The notes under the pieces are model-generated. The model did no database searches. It saw only the letters and a list, made by a program, of their open reading frames with translations, and was not told the DNA's origin. Positions 21,096 to 32,191 of a stretch of 64,000 nt of DNA are shown piece by piece. Numbering within the stretch: position 1 is the first letter of the stretch; each line of letters opens with the position of its first letter. Origin of the DNA: Sedimentisphaerales bacterium. GTDB lineage: Bacteria > Planctomycetota > Phycisphaerae > Sedimentisphaerales > SM23-30. Where the stretch lies: NCBI GenBank assembly GCA_963666285.1, contig OY762711.1; one strand, 5' to 3'. Made by a program: the position numbers and the translations under genes.

Positions 21096-22400
21096 TTAGC
21101 TTGCCAGTGGTTTCGGCCAGTGGTTTTCAATGATATTACGACGAATACCGATTTCTTCCGGCTCAAAACAATCCGCCAGCATTTCCCAGCAGCGATCCAA
21201 AGCGTCAAACAACGGAATATTCACTGACAGGTCCATAATACGCTCTTCAAACAGCTCACCATATCTGAGCAGACGACTATCCCATTTACTCATCTCAAAA
21301 CCCATATCGCGTTTTTCTCGAGCTTCACGACACTGTGCGTACAACTGTAAACACGCATCCATAATTGCTCGATGATCGTCACGGGTCTTGCCGTTTACCT
21401 GCTGTTTCAAACGACTCAAAGAACCAAACGGCTCGATTCGACCGTTTCGCAGGTAAAACTGACCTTCGGTAATATATCCGGTATTATCCGGTACCGGGTG
21501 TGTTACATCGTCACCAGGCATTGTTGTACATGTCAGCAGGGTCATTGAACCACTGCCGTCAAAGTCTACCGCCTTTTCATAACGACGTGCCAGCTGACTG
21601 TACAGGTCACCCGGATAACCACGGTTAGATGGAATCTGCTCCATAACAATCGCGATTTCCTTCATGGCGTCAGCAAAAGCTGTCATATCAGTAATCAGGA
21701 CAAGAACTTTCTTGTTCTGTAATGCAAAACTTTCACCTACCGCAAGGCACATGTCAGGAACCATCATACCTTCTACGATCGGGTCAGCCGCTGTATGAAT
21801 AAACATTATTGTACGGCCCAGTACGCCGCCTTCTTCAAACGCTTTTCGGAACTTCAGGTAGTCATCATTACGAAGACCTACACCGCCCAGGATAATTACA
21901 TCAGCATCAGCCTGCAGACCAACTCGGGCCAGCAGCTCATTGTACGGTTCACCCGCAACTGAGAAAATTGGTAGCTTCTGGGATTCTACCAGCGAGTTAA
22001 AGATATCGATCATTGGAATACCGGTCTGCACCATCTTGTCAGGCATACGACGCATAACTGGGTTTACCGCTGGTGAGCCTATCTCTATTCGCTCGGCTTC
22101 TACTTCCGGACGCCCGTCACGAGGCTTACCAGAACCGTCAAAAATCCGGCCCAGCAGGTCTTCGCTAAACGGTACATCCATCGCCTTGCCAAGAAAACGT
22201 ACACGGTCACCGGTCGATACGCCCTGCGTACCGCCAAAAACCTGTAAGCTCACTCGCTCACCCTGAATATGCACTACCTGTGCCATTGATGTGCCGTGGC
22301 TGCTGGTTACTATTGCAAGTTCTTCATAACTTACATTATCAGCGATTACTGTTACCACATTACCGGCAATACGTACTATTTCGTCGTAATACTTTCTCAT
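21096..22400 (-). CDS. ntpB: V/A-type ATPase subunit B
   Basis: [34 protein letters not shown]. Confidence 0.96.
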   Translation of the reverse strand: MRKYYDEIVRIAGNVVTVIADNVSYEELAIVTSSHGTSMAQVVHIQGERVSLQVFGGTQGVSTGDRVRFLGKAMDVPFSEDLLGRIFDGSGKPRDGRPEVEAERIEIGSPAVNPVMRRMPDKMVQTGIPMIDIFNSLVESQKLPIFSVAGEPYNELLARVGLQADADVIILGGVGLRNDDYLKFRKAFEEGGVLGRTIMFIHTAADPIVEGMMVPDMCLAVGESFALQNKKVLVLITDMTAFADAMKEIAIVMEQIPSNRGYPGDLYSQLARRYEKAVDFDGSGSMTLLTCTTMPGDDVTHPVPDNTGYITEGQFYLRNGRIEPFGSLSRLKQQVNGKTRDDHRAIMDACLQLYAQCREAREKRDMGFEMSKWDSRLLRYGELFEERIMDLSVNIPLFDALDRCWEMLADCFEPEEIGIRRNIIENHWPKPLAS

Positions 22401-22505
22401 CGCATGAGTTTCCTGAAATTTATATTTCCAATTTTAGTCTAAAACTATATTATTCTAATCTTATCAGCCCGCCTCTGGCGGTTCTTCAACTATTAGTTAT
22501 TTAGT

Positions 22506-24236
22506 TTATCCTCGCCCTTTGCTCTCGATAAACTTCTCGATCTTGGCCAGCGACTTCTTAAATTCTTCGCTATCTGTCGCTTCATAGTTCCAGTTACGGA
22601 ACGTATCGGTAATTCCTACCATAGTCTTACGTGCTATTTCCTTATCATCGAAGTCAAAATCTGCTTCCATGATCTCCATAACTTTTCCGAACAACAGCTT
22701 CTGGCGTTCGGCAGGACAGGCTGAATCTACTTCATCAAATGAATTCTGCTGCAGGTATACCGCATCGAAAAATTCTGCTTTATGCATCGTTGTATAGTCT
22801 GAGGTACTCGTTCCTTCCTCACCTACAACTGTCATCATCTGTTTGATCTCATTTCCGCGACGAAGGATATCAACTGATCTTGTCACCATATCAGGATCAA
22901 TAATTCCGCCATACTTGGTCCATGAATCCAGCGGGTCAATCGCTGGATAACGACGGGCATCGGAACGAGCTCGGTTCAAACCTAAAAACGCTCCCACTAC
23001 CTTCAAAGTACCCTGAGTTACAGGCTCTTCAAAGTTACCACCGGCAGGTGATACTGTTCCGCCAATTGTCAGTGAACCTCTGCTGCCGTCTTTTAGTTCC
23101 AGCATTCCGGCACGTTCATAAAAACTCGCGATACGACTTTCTAGATACGCCGGGAAGGCTTCTTCACCTGGAATTTCTTCCAAACGACCTGATACTTCTC
23201 GCATCGCCTGGGCCCAACGTGATGTGGAGTCTGCCAGCAGCAGGACATTCAAGCCCATCTGGCGATAGTATTCGCCCAGAGTCGCTGCTGTATAAACCGA
23301 CGCTTCACGAGCCGCTACCGGCATAGCTGAGGTATTACAAATAATGATTGTTCGTTCCATCAATGGCTTACCAGTACGTGGGTCTTCCAGTTCTGGGAAC
23401 TCACGAAGGGTTTCCACAACCTCACCGGCACGCTCACCGCATGCCGCGACAATCACGATGTCTACATCGGCATAACGCGAGATTACCTGCTGCAATACTG
23501 TCTTACCGGCACCAAACGGACCTGGAATACAGAATGTACCGCCTAGTACCACAGGGAAAGTCGTATCGATAATACGTGTCTGCGTTACCATCGGAACTTC
23601 TGGCAGTAAACGCTCTTTACATATATTCAAAGCTCGTTTTACCGGCCACTGCTGCTGCATCGCAACTGATATTGTCTCACCTGTTGAATCTTTCAGGACC
23701 GCTATTTCCTGATCTACGGTATAATCGCCGCCAGACGATACTGATTCTACTGTCAGCTCGCCCTTAACCAGAAGGTTAAACGGTACCATTATCTTATGAG
23801 TAAACAAGCCCTCAGGTACTGTTCCCAGCATATCGCCGGCTGATACCTTGTCACCTGCTGAGACTGTCGGGGTAAATGACCATTTGACATCTTTCTTCAA
23901 ACCTGGTAGATAGTTACCTGGTTTTAGGAAAAAGCCGACTTTCTCTGACAGGGCTACCAATGGGTTCTGCAAACCGTCATAAATCTGCCCCAATAGGCCG
24001 GGACCCAATGTTACAGACAACATCTCATCCTGGAACTCGATCTTATCACCAACCTTTAGGCCGCGTGTTTCTTCAAATACCTGCAAGTCACATTGATTGC
24101 CGCGAACTCGAATTGTTTCACTTAACAGTCTTGTGCCATCCTCGCGTACACAGTATGCCGTTGAGTTCTGCACAACTTTGTCACTAGTCTCTGCAACCAC
24201 CAGGTTACCGTAAACAGCTACTATTTTGCCATCCAC
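22506..24236 (-). CDS. ntpA: V/A-type ATPase subunit A
   Basis: PGPFGAGKT, CGERAGE, GEEAFPAYL; GTG start. Confidence 0.96.
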   Translation of the reverse strand: MDGKIVAVYGNLVVAETSDKVVQNSTAYCVREDGTRLLSETIRVRGNQCDLQVFEETRGLKVGDKIEFQDEMLSVTLGPGLLGQIYDGLQNPLVALSEKVGFFLKPGNYLPGLKKDVKWSFTPTVSAGDKVSAGDMLGTVPEGLFTHKIMVPFNLLVKGELTVESVSSGGDYTVDQEIAVLKDSTGETISVAMQQQWPVKRALNICKERLLPEVPMVTQTRIIDTTFPVVLGGTFCIPGPFGAGKTVLQQVISRYADVDIVIVAACGERAGEVVETLREFPELEDPRTGKPLMERTIIICNTSAMPVAAREASVYTAATLGEYYRQMGLNVLLLADSTSRWAQAMREVSGRLEEIPGEEAFPAYLESRIASFYERAGMLELKDGSRGSLTIGGTVSPAGGNFEEPVTQGTLKVVGAFLGLNRARSDARRYPAIDPLDSWTKYGGIIDPDMVTRSVDILRRGNEIKQMMTVVGEEGTSTSDYTTMHKAEFFDAVYLQQNSFDEVDSACPAERQKLLFGKVMEIMEADFDFDDKEIARKTMVGITDTFRNWNYEATDSEEFKKSLAKIEKFIESKGRG

Positions 24237-24289
24237 TGGTCAGTACCTCACGTTATAACAGTTATAATTACTAAACAAAAAAAATGTGA

Positions 24290-24967
24290 TCAACTCGCTG
24301 CGGTTACTTTTCCACTGAGTCGTTCCCATCTCTTCAACAATAAAAGCCTGGCACCATATACTACCAGCTCATCATATGTAAACTTAAACCAGCTGTCATT
24401 TTCCGCCAGCCAGTTCCATCTTGCCTTATCCAATACCATCATACCGGCCATCGGGTTCTCCGCTCCCGACCATTCATTGATCAAAGAACTGAAATCCTGA
24501 TCTCCTGACAGATCACGGGCGACATAAAATTCTTCCGGATCCAGCGACAGCTTCCTTGCTCGGGCGGTTATCAAGGCATTTCTCAATCCCACTTCGTAAC
24601 CTATCCATAATTTCAGGAACTCACAACCATAATCGTTCGCAGTCTTCCAGGCATATCTGAAATAATCTTCCCACATCGCATCTGGTTTATCATATCCAGC
24701 TGTTATGGTAAGATATTCTGGCAGATCCTCTTCACCAATTGCCTGCATCTCGGTCAAAACTGATGGACTGACATGCTCGATTTCTTGTGCCTTTAAAGCC
24801 TGTACCTGCACCAGATCGTCACTCAACAACACTGATTTTACCAGGTCGTAGGCAACTGCACTTTCATCAACCAGATCAAGATATTCAGACCCGGTCACTG
24901 GGGCATCACTGCCAAGTTCCTCCAGTGAAGGTAATGAAGTTATCAAATAATAAAACTGGCCGGCCAT
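24290..24967 (-). CDS. DUF2764 family protein (V-ATPase subunit C-like)
   Basis: YYLITSLP N-terminus, LRNAL...RAR; located between subunits E and A. Confidence 0.8.
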   Translation of the reverse strand: MAGQFYYLITSLPSLEELGSDAPVTGSEYLDLVDESAVAYDLVKSVLLSDDLVQVQALKAQEIEHVSPSVLTEMQAIGEEDLPEYLTITAGYDKPDAMWEDYFRYAWKTANDYGCEFLKLWIGYEVGLRNALITARARKLSLDPEEFYVARDLSGDQDFSSLINEWSGAENPMAGMMVLDKARWNWLAENDSWFKFTYDELVVYGARLLLLKRWERLSGKVTAAS

Positions 24968-25034
24968 ATGACTGTTATACTCCTATAGATTACCAATTTA
25001 ACTTTCCAATTTATGCCTGAATACGAATACTCGC

Positions 25035-25652
25035 TTATTTCGCGGCATCAAATATCTCACGAAGCTTAGGACCTACCAAAGACATCAGCAATTCGGTTAC
25101 TGATTCCTGAGTCATCTCAACAGTTGCACCTGTTAAATTGTACTCAAAACCGGACTGCTTCAATGTGCCTTTAAGGTCAACACAAACACCGTCTTTCTTG
25201 GCATGTTTGCGGATCTGCTTTACCGCCCACTCTGCTAAAGCATGATATTGCTCGTCTTGAAGGGTAAGCTTTACATCGCCCGTTCCTTCAATGTCGGCTT
25301 CTACATACTTCATCATAATATCTGTAAGCACTGTCCTCAGAAACTCTGTATCATTCAATGCTTCATCTACCGGACCGGCTATTACTGCCTCCAGCGATTT
25401 TGCCAGAGTCTCACGAAGCTTCATTGCTGAATCGCGAGCAGCAAGCTCCAATTCGGTATTACTGCGAGCCAGGATATCTTCGCCCTGCTTCTTGGCGGCT
25501 GCAATTATCTTTTCAGCTTCGGATTTTGCATCTGCAACTATCTTTTCTGCTTCTGATTTTGCATCACCAACAATACTGTCAGCTTCTTTACGACCCTGCT
25601 CTACGCCTTCGGTTTTTAGTTTTGCAACAAAGGATTCAATTGTTTCGGCCAT
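25035..25652 (-). CDS. ntpE: V/A-type ATPase subunit E
   Basis: KLKTEGVE...AEKI coiled coil...LVGPKLREI; first gene of the operon. Confidence 0.85.
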   Translation of the reverse strand: MAETIESFVAKLKTEGVEQGRKEADSIVGDAKSEAEKIVADAKSEAEKIIAAAKKQGEDILARSNTELELAARDSAMKLRETLAKSLEAVIAGPVDEALNDTEFLRTVLTDIMMKYVEADIEGTGDVKLTLQDEQYHALAEWAVKQIRKHAKKDGVCVDLKGTLKQSGFEYNLTGATVEMTQESVTELLMSLVGPKLREIFDAAK

Positions 25653-26149
25653 TTTTCAGCTCCGAATACTTACATTAAGTTATTGTTATATTCTACCGGA
25701 TTATTACCCGGTACACTTGTTTATTTGCGACACCGTTCTACTATCTCGTCACTATTTCATATAACCTTTAAGGTTTCACAAAAATGTAACAGTTTCATGC
25801 ACGCTTTCACTATGTAAACGTACATTAACCCTCATATATTAAACGATTTACAGCTTAATCCCCCGATTGCTACTTTCTGTAATATTTTCTCTCTATTCTT
25901 ACTCTTAATTGTTATGGGTCTTAACTTTAGCGGTAATTTAAGTAAATTGCAATGATTATTCTGCTTATTTTGATAAATTTTTCTCAATTAAAAATACAGT
26001 AAATTATCCGGACGAATTTATACTATTGTCATATTTCTTGATAATCTTTGTTTATCGCTTTTCAGGGCTGTTTATGCAAAAATAAGCCAACCTCCATCAT
26101 TATTCATGTGAAAAGTTGGCTTTATGTTTTTATAAAAATATTTTTACTA

Positions 26150-26295
26150 CAGGGTGCTTCCGAAAATTGCTTTTGATACCATAGTTTAAGACTTTGGTTG
26201 CTGACAAGGAACATAGAATCGTGAATATTAGGCTATATTTACTGATATATTTGACGCGTGTCAGCAGGCAAAAAAAACTAGTCGCTCAAAATTAA
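26150..26295. repeat. MITE-like palindromic element, copy 1 (right end eroded)
   Basis: Aligns over about 135 bp with 30528-30694 (AAATTGCTTTTGAT...GCTGACAAGGAACAT...GTCAGCAGGCAAAA...GTCGCTCAAAAT). Confidence 0.8.
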
Positions 26296-26413
26296 TCAAT
26301 TCTTATGTGTAAGCTAACAATTAGCTTCCTGATAAACATCGGGATTTCCTTAACTTATTTCTTATTACTTTCTTTTGGTTGCGGCTTGCTCTTGTATTCA
26401 TCAAACCTGCATA

Positions 26414-27931
26414 TCAGTATCGATCGTTCCCATGCGATTCAATACCCTTAAAACCATAGCATTTGCAGATTTTATAAGTTTGTATCGCTCGCCCGTAAAT
26501 ATCTGTAATCGGACAATCCTCTACTTCAACCCGATCAAACAGCTCATATACTATATCCTTTATCCCTTTTCGAGGGATAAATATTGCGTTTTCACCTTTT
26601 TTCTCATTTAGATCCTGCCAGAGATCATATTGATTCATCCTGGTATTTCCGGTGTTAATATAATATACCTCTGGATTACCTTCACAATAAAAAGCCATCT
26701 CAGCTGTCACCATATAATAATCAGTCAGGACAAAAAACGGCGATTCCATCTCTGCCCGTTTGGCATCTGCCGCACTGGCCAGTTGCCGCCATCCGGTTAG
26801 CTTTCTTACCGGGTTAAGATCATTTGGCCACGGAACCAGCTCGACCAAAAACGGCATATGCAAAATTATCATTATTACCGCCGGAATACTCACAGCCGAA
26901 CGGGACAAATTACGCCATCGGTTCTTAACATCCAGTTCCAGGTAACCAGAAACAAAATAATCTGCCATTGGTACAATGCCCGCTATCCATGCCGTGGCAA
27001 CCCAGTTCGGCTGAACCTTACCCTGGATACTTTTTATCAGGAAACATATAAGTATGGGTATGCAAAACCAGAAACCCAGAGAGTAGCTCTTCCGTTTTAT
27101 TATCAGCAGAACAACTATCAATACCGCTGTCACCGGCGTAACTATCATTAATTGACCGCCCAGGAAACTGATTAAATAACCAAAGGAAAAACTAACCCCT
27201 TCGGCAATATTTGTATGCCCCAGGTCATGCCTGAATGTTACCCAGTTGTTTTGACTGTTCCAATATATAACCGGGATAAAAAAAACGAAACTGGACAGAA
27301 TTGATATATAAGGCCATGGCCCCCGCAAAGCCTTTCTGCCATTCTCACTAAAAAACATGTACAAAAACGCCGGTACGATAAAAAATACTATCGCATACTT
27401 ACATAACATTGCCAGCCCGATCGAGACAGTTAACCCTGCCCAATATCGCTTTCTGCCTTTCTCTACTGCCTGGTAAAAAAACAGCAAACTCCAGCACCAG
27501 AACATTATGAGCGGTGAATCCGGCGTCATACCGATTCCATATAGGCCAAAAGCCGGTACAACCTGGAATAATACTGCCGCGATACAACCAGTGCGTTCAT
27601 TATACATTTCCTTTCCCAAAAGGTACATTGCAATTGATGCAATAAAGGAACAGACTATTGCCATGAAACGAACGCCTAATTCATTATTGCCGAATATATG
27701 GGTACCTGCATATATAAGTGCTGCAACCCCCGGCGGCTTGGAATAAAAACACCAATCCATCCTGCGTGACCAGTCCCAGTATTGAGCTTCATCCCCACTG
27801 AGCTCTACCAGCCCCAACGCCTGTATCAATATCCGGAAAAAGGCTGTTATAGACAAAAATATCAACATCACTTTCAATGAGCTGTATTTTCCCAAAAATA
27901 TCTCTTTTACTTTACTATCTATTATTTTCAT
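26414..27931 (-). CDS. ArnT/PMT-like (GT39/GT83, GT-C fold) glycosyltransferase
   Basis: DEAQYWDWS, YSKPPG, TPDSPL, KYA; multiple TM segments. Confidence 0.85.
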   Translation of the reverse strand: MKIIDSKVKEIFLGKYSSLKVMLIFLSITAFFRILIQALGLVELSGDEAQYWDWSRRMDWCFYSKPPGVAALIYAGTHIFGNNELGVRFMAIVCSFIASIAMYLLGKEMYNERTGCIAAVLFQVVPAFGLYGIGMTPDSPLIMFWCWSLLFFYQAVEKGRKRYWAGLTVSIGLAMLCKYAIVFFIVPAFLYMFFSENGRKALRGPWPYISILSSFVFFIPVIYWNSQNNWVTFRHDLGHTNIAEGVSFSFGYLISFLGGQLMIVTPVTAVLIVVLLIIKRKSYSLGFWFCIPILICFLIKSIQGKVQPNWVATAWIAGIVPMADYFVSGYLELDVKNRWRNLSRSAVSIPAVIMIILHMPFLVELVPWPNDLNPVRKLTGWRQLASAADAKRAEMESPFFVLTDYYMVTAEMAFYCEGNPEVYYINTGNTRMNQYDLWQDLNEKKGENAIFIPRKGIKDIVYELFDRVEVEDCPITDIYGRAIQTYKICKCYGFKGIESHGNDRY

Positions 27932-27948
27932 TTTCTGACTGTTTCAAG

Positions 27949-29040
27949 CTATGGCATTTGCGCTTTTTGCACAACAACATTCTTCGAGACACCATTTTCC
28001 AGATTTGACAATCTGTATCTCTGGTAAATTTCTTTATCTGGTAAAACAACCAGGGTCCCTTCAAATTCAGGAGAACCCTGCCTGGCAAAACTGTGGTCTT
28101 CTTTTTCCAGCATATCTATATAGAATTCATAATTACCCGGTTCATCCGGTACCTGTATTGTATGACACACATTGACACTTTCACCAGGTTCTAGATCTTC
28201 AGATTTCAGCAGTGTACAGGTACTGTATTTCTCCCTTGGCTCCAGTATTTCATTGCTTTCTTTTATACGCGTAAACAGCCTGAACCTGCGATCTGTATCT
28301 CCCGCGGGAATTGTCTCGTCAGATAAATTTGTTACCTTCACCTGAAATTCTGACATCCCACCCGGCTCTGTATATATTACTTCTTTTGCCTTATACCCTA
28401 CATAAAAATAATCCGGATGATAGATACGCCTTGCCCATTCCTCAAAATATATTCTATCATCAATATTATGGCTGGTTTTATCGCAATATTCTTCATAATC
28501 TGCAAAGATATTACTTATATGCTGCCCGGTTCCATTCCTGTTCTTCCATGGTCCCGGCATCACGAACGATTGCTTCTTAGCTTCTGTATAAGTATCAAAG
28601 CCAAGCAGCCATGAGGCAAGAGCTGACGCCGTCCCCGACCGGTCAACACCATGATTGCAATGCAGCAAAACCGGCATCTCTATACTATCTATGACATCCA
28701 GCAGCTCTACCAGCCTGTCACTCGGTATCTTTTTATAAGCGTTAAGCTTAACGTATAATATATTTATGTTTTTACCATCACAGACTTTCGCTTCATCTTC
28801 TGCCTGCGGAGCCGTCGGCCCCCTCAGATCAACCACTGTTTTAAGTTTATATTTATCAATCCATTCTGCTAGCTGGCTCATTTCCGGCTGACCGGAACGA
28901 TAGATTTTATCCGCAACTACAACCTTAAAGTTATTGCATGTATAATATCTATAATACAATGAACTCACCGCTGCAATCACAATCAGTATTATAACTGCTT
29001 TTATATAAAATTTATACTTTGTATTAAATATCGAATTCAT
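27949..29040 (-). CDS. Membrane-anchored Cys-based (PTP/DSP-like) phosphatase with C-terminal Ig-like domain
   Basis: N-terminal TM, NF..V...IYRSGQP, HCNHGVDRSG (CX5R), C-terminal LEPGE...P..PG.Y. Confidence 0.85.
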   Translation of the reverse strand: MNSIFNTKYKFYIKAVIILIVIAAVSSLYYRYYTCNNFKVVVADKIYRSGQPEMSQLAEWIDKYKLKTVVDLRGPTAPQAEDEAKVCDGKNINILYVKLNAYKKIPSDRLVELLDVIDSIEMPVLLHCNHGVDRSGTASALASWLLGFDTYTEAKKQSFVMPGPWKNRNGTGQHISNIFADYEEYCDKTSHNIDDRIYFEEWARRIYHPDYFYVGYKAKEVIYTEPGGMSEFQVKVTNLSDETIPAGDTDRRFRLFTRIKESNEILEPREKYSTCTLLKSEDLEPGESVNVCHTIQVPDEPGNYEFYIDMLEKEDHSFARQGSPEFEGTLVVLPDKEIYQRYRLSNLENGVSKNVVVQKAQMP

Positions 29041-29075
29041 TATTCTATCAGATCAAATTTTAATCTGTCCTTTTA

Positions 29076-30524
29076 TTAGTACGATTCTATCAGAGTATAT
29101 TCCCCTTCACTTGCAATGCAGTATTTGCGTTTGCGTATTTTTTCAGGCAATTTACTGTAACTCTTCTTACTGATTACACATAATGAGTTATCTAAATTTT
29201 CGATATGATCTAAACTTTCAGATACAGATTCGTCCGGATGTGGCACAACCTTATCTTTGGCATAAAAGTACGCCGAATAAGGCACATCATGTACAAAATA
29301 TATTCTAGCTCCATCAGATATATTTTTACAAATATCAATAATATCTTTTGTTGATTTATTCTGAGATATTACCGGGGCTGCAATTAATAAGGCAATTGCC
29401 GTACCCACACATAAGACAAAAGCATGACTACTGAAGGAATGACGTTTTACATTTTTCGACTCATCCTGTTTTTGTATCAAAAACGCCAGCCAAACAGCAA
29501 ATGCCGGTACTAGCGGAAACAGATAAGTCATTAGTAACTGGCGTGCCATCGACCACAATAAAGTATCCGCTGCCACAATAAATAAGAAGAAATTCATATA
29601 CTCGTTATTGAGAATTTGTTTTATTGAATAGAATCTCCGGCAATGAAACATCCTGAATATCGCATAAAAACTCCATGGACTTGCCGCTGCCAGCATCATC
29701 AAAATCGCTGTACCGCGAATATGTTCGTGTCCGCTGCCGTATTTATCTCCATAATCACGAACAACGAACCTGAGAAAGTTCTCGTTTACAAAAAAGTACT
29801 TTATAAAACCGGGATTCTTTATCTCCGCCAAAACAAACCACGGCGCTGTTATAAGTAGAAAAATTCCAAAACCGGTCAGCCAGGCATGGTGCTTCAAATC
29901 ACCTGACCGGCGATAATATACTGTCCAGGCAAAAACAGGTACGCCAAATAAAAGTATCGCTACCGGACCTTTTACCATAAAGCCTATCGCTAGAAACAGA
30001 AATACTGTCCGACTCCATTTTTTTCGCAACTTTATATCTGGTTCCTTAATAAAAGCAAAATATGCAAAATATGCTCCTGCAACCCCCAGCGATAGCATTA
30101 AATCAACTATAACAAATCCGCTCGCCGCAAATATCACAACGCTGGATAATAACAAAAACACTGCTCGCCAGGCTATCTCTGTGCTTATATATTTCCTTAT
30201 TATAATGAACATTATTAGGAGAATGTTTACAAATGATAAAAATCCCGGTAACCTCGCGGCAAATTCGTTCTGACCAAAATATTTCATACATATTGCACTG
30301 CTCCAGAAAAACAGCGGCGGCTTTCCCAGAAATGGTACCAGCTCCCCATTATGCCATAATTTGGGTGTTATCCAGTTGTCATAATCCACTATATTCTTGG
30401 CAATACCGGCATATCGGCCCTCGGTCGTATCGACAAAAGAAAAAGCCGGCAGCGTTACTGCTCTTATCATTAACAATAGAGCAATAATATATATGTATTT
30501 TTTATGTTGTTTATTTTTTTCCAT
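29076..30524 (-). CDS. ArnT-like (GT83/GT39) lipid glycosyltransferase
   Basis: TEGRYA, FLGKPPLFFW, EFAARLP, KGPV, PWF. Confidence 0.88.
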   Translation of the reverse strand: MEKNKQHKKYIYIIALLLMIRAVTLPAFSFVDTTEGRYAGIAKNIVDYDNWITPKLWHNGELVPFLGKPPLFFWSSAICMKYFGQNEFAARLPGFLSFVNILLIMFIIIRKYISTEIAWRAVFLLLSSVVIFAASGFVIVDLMLSLGVAGAYFAYFAFIKEPDIKLRKKWSRTVFLFLAIGFMVKGPVAILLFGVPVFAWTVYYRRSGDLKHHAWLTGFGIFLLITAPWFVLAEIKNPGFIKYFFVNENFLRFVVRDYGDKYGSGHEHIRGTAILMMLAAASPWSFYAIFRMFHCRRFYSIKQILNNEYMNFFLFIVAADTLLWSMARQLLMTYLFPLVPAFAVWLAFLIQKQDESKNVKRHSFSSHAFVLCVGTAIALLIAAPVISQNKSTKDIIDICKNISDGARIYFVHDVPYSAYFYAKDKVVPHPDESVSESLDHIENLDNSLCVISKKSYSKLPEKIRKRKYCIASEGEYTLIESY

Positions 30525-30527
30525 CTT

Positions 30528-30694
30528 TAGGGGACCTCTGGAAATTGCTTTTGATGCGATAGTTTAAGATTTTGGTTGCTGACAAGGAACATAAAATCGT
30601 GCATATTGGGCTATATTCACCGTTTTATGTGACACATGTCAGCAGGCAAAAGAAAAACTTGTCGCTCAAAATGAATTTTCTGAGGTTTCCTTTA
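30528..30694. mobile_element. MITE-like element, copy 2, with imperfect terminal IRs flanked by TA
   Basis: TA-GGGGACCTCTGGAAATT ... AATTTTCTGAGGTTTCCTT-TA; internal GCTGACA/TGTCAGC palindrome. Confidence 0.7.
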
Positions 30695-30891
30695 GTTAAC
30701 TTTCGCACTTTTCAGGTTGCATAAAACGCCCAAAAGGGCCTTCCTGTTGCTTCTTGAATTAAATGCAAGTACGGTAAAAATTTAAATGCTGTCAAATTCA
30801 TTCACAAGGCCCTGTTCTGGCCTTTGCGGATAAGGTTGAACAGTTAAAAGTACGCCTTGTATAAGATGCGAAGCATAAAGCGTACCTTTAA

Positions 30892-31692
30892 TTAAAGCAT
30901 ACTTATAATTGCAAGGTATTGTTTCTTTATCCGCCTCATTATTTTTATATGTGTCAGCTTGATCATCAGGACAGTCTGTATCATTTTTAGCCCATCAGCA
31001 ATCACCCTTACTTTTGAACCGGCTATATCATTCCATGTAATACCAATCTCACGTATCCGCAGCCCCCTGATATAGGCAAGGTAAACTATATCCAGGTCAA
31101 ACTCAAACCCATCATATTTTGACAGCCTGAACAAAAGCCTGGCAACCTTCCTCTTAAAAAGTTTACATCCGCATTGAGTATCCAGGTATGGCAGCGACAG
31201 TGCCGCCTTGGTAAAAAACGAAAACAACCTTCCCAGGGTATACCTTCTGATATTCTGACGTTTGATCACCGCCCCGGGCACCCGCCTGGAACCAATAATT
31301 ACATCCGCCTTCTCCTTCTCAAGCAGTCTGACTAGTCTTATCAATTCGATTGGCGGAGTTGAACCGTCAGCATCAATAAAAGCAACAATATCACCACCTG
31401 CCGCTAACATCCCCTTTCTCACGGCATATCCCTTACCTTTATTATCCGGGTAACTGATTACCCTGATCGGCAGCCTGCCCGACCACTCTTCGATTATAGA
31501 ACCGGTATTATCTGTGCACCCATCACAAACAATTATTATCTCCAGGCTAATCTGGTCTGCAACTTCTTCGAAGAACGCCAGGGTTGAAGGCAACCGCTTC
31601 TCTTCGTTAAAAGCAGGTATTACTACCGAAAGATCCGTCTGCCCTGTAATCGCTTTTACTTGGAGATCTGTTTTTTTATAACTATCCTTCAT
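30892..31692 (-). CDS. GT2 polyprenyl/dolichyl-phosphate glycosyltransferase (DPG-synthase-like)
   Basis: SVVIPAFNEEKRL, NKGKGYAVR.G, DADGST, DTQCGCKLF. Start moved to ATG 31692 because the track start lies in a REP-like repeat. Confidence 0.88.
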   Translation of the reverse strand: MKDSYKKTDLQVKAITGQTDLSVVIPAFNEEKRLPSTLAFFEEVADQISLEIIIVCDGCTDNTGSIIEEWSGRLPIRVISYPDNKGKGYAVRKGMLAAGGDIVAFIDADGSTPPIELIRLVRLLEKEKADVIIGSRRVPGAVIKRQNIRRYTLGRLFSFFTKAALSLPYLDTQCGCKLFKRKVARLLFRLSKYDGFEFDLDIVYLAYIRGLRIREIGITWNDIAGSKVRVIADGLKMIQTVLMIKLTHIKIMRRIKKQYLAIISML

Positions 31693-31729
31693 ATTTTGCT
31701 TTTTTATTAAAAATATAACTAGCCTTCCG

Positions 31730-31776
31730 TCTGCCCTGAGTTTATCGTAGGGCTGCGGCATTCCTTGCCTAATACC
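31730..31776. repeat. REP-like repeat (second copy at about 32054-32100)
   Basis: CTGCCCTGAGTT(T/C)ATCG(T/A)AGGGCTGCGGCATTCCTTGCCTA(A/T)TACC occurs twice in the divergent intergenic region. Confidence 0.75.
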
Positions 31777-31834
31777 TAAAAACTCATACCTAATACCTTT
31801 TATTTCTTTACATACTTTTCCAGTATTTCAAAAT

Positions 31835-31889
31835 ATTCTACCAACTGAGCATTAAGATAAACTGAGCCGAACCTTAAGATTTGCTTAAT
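31835..31889 (-). promoter_or_regulatory. PmrA/QseB-like direct-repeat box with adjacent -10
   Basis: CTTAAG-N5-CTTAAT (31873-31889) plus an in-phase ATTAAG at 31851; TGG-TAGAAT -10 at 31840-31835 on the minus strand. Confidence 0.6.
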
Positions 31890-32191
31890 TTTCCGCAATA
31901 TCCGCCTTTTTTTGCATTATTTATTGAAAATCCGGATATTTAATGCTCTAATTATCTTCTGTAAATTACTCAAAGTGAACTGTTTTACTCTTTGCTTTGC
32001 TGTAACAAAAATTACATTACAATTTGTTATATTATATTTTTAATGGTATGACGCCTGCCCTGAGTTCATCGAAGGGCTGCGGCATTCCTTGCCTATTACC
32101 AAATACCAGACAACTAATAACTATCAAACTCGCTACCGGTCAGTTTGAGCAAATTACTTGGTCTTTTGTTTAGGCTTTGAGGCTTGATAAG

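Noticed and set aside
25770..25815. Rex operator upstream of the V-ATPase operon
   Set aside because: Only half-sites; no complete TTGTGAA-N4-TTCACAA palindrome.
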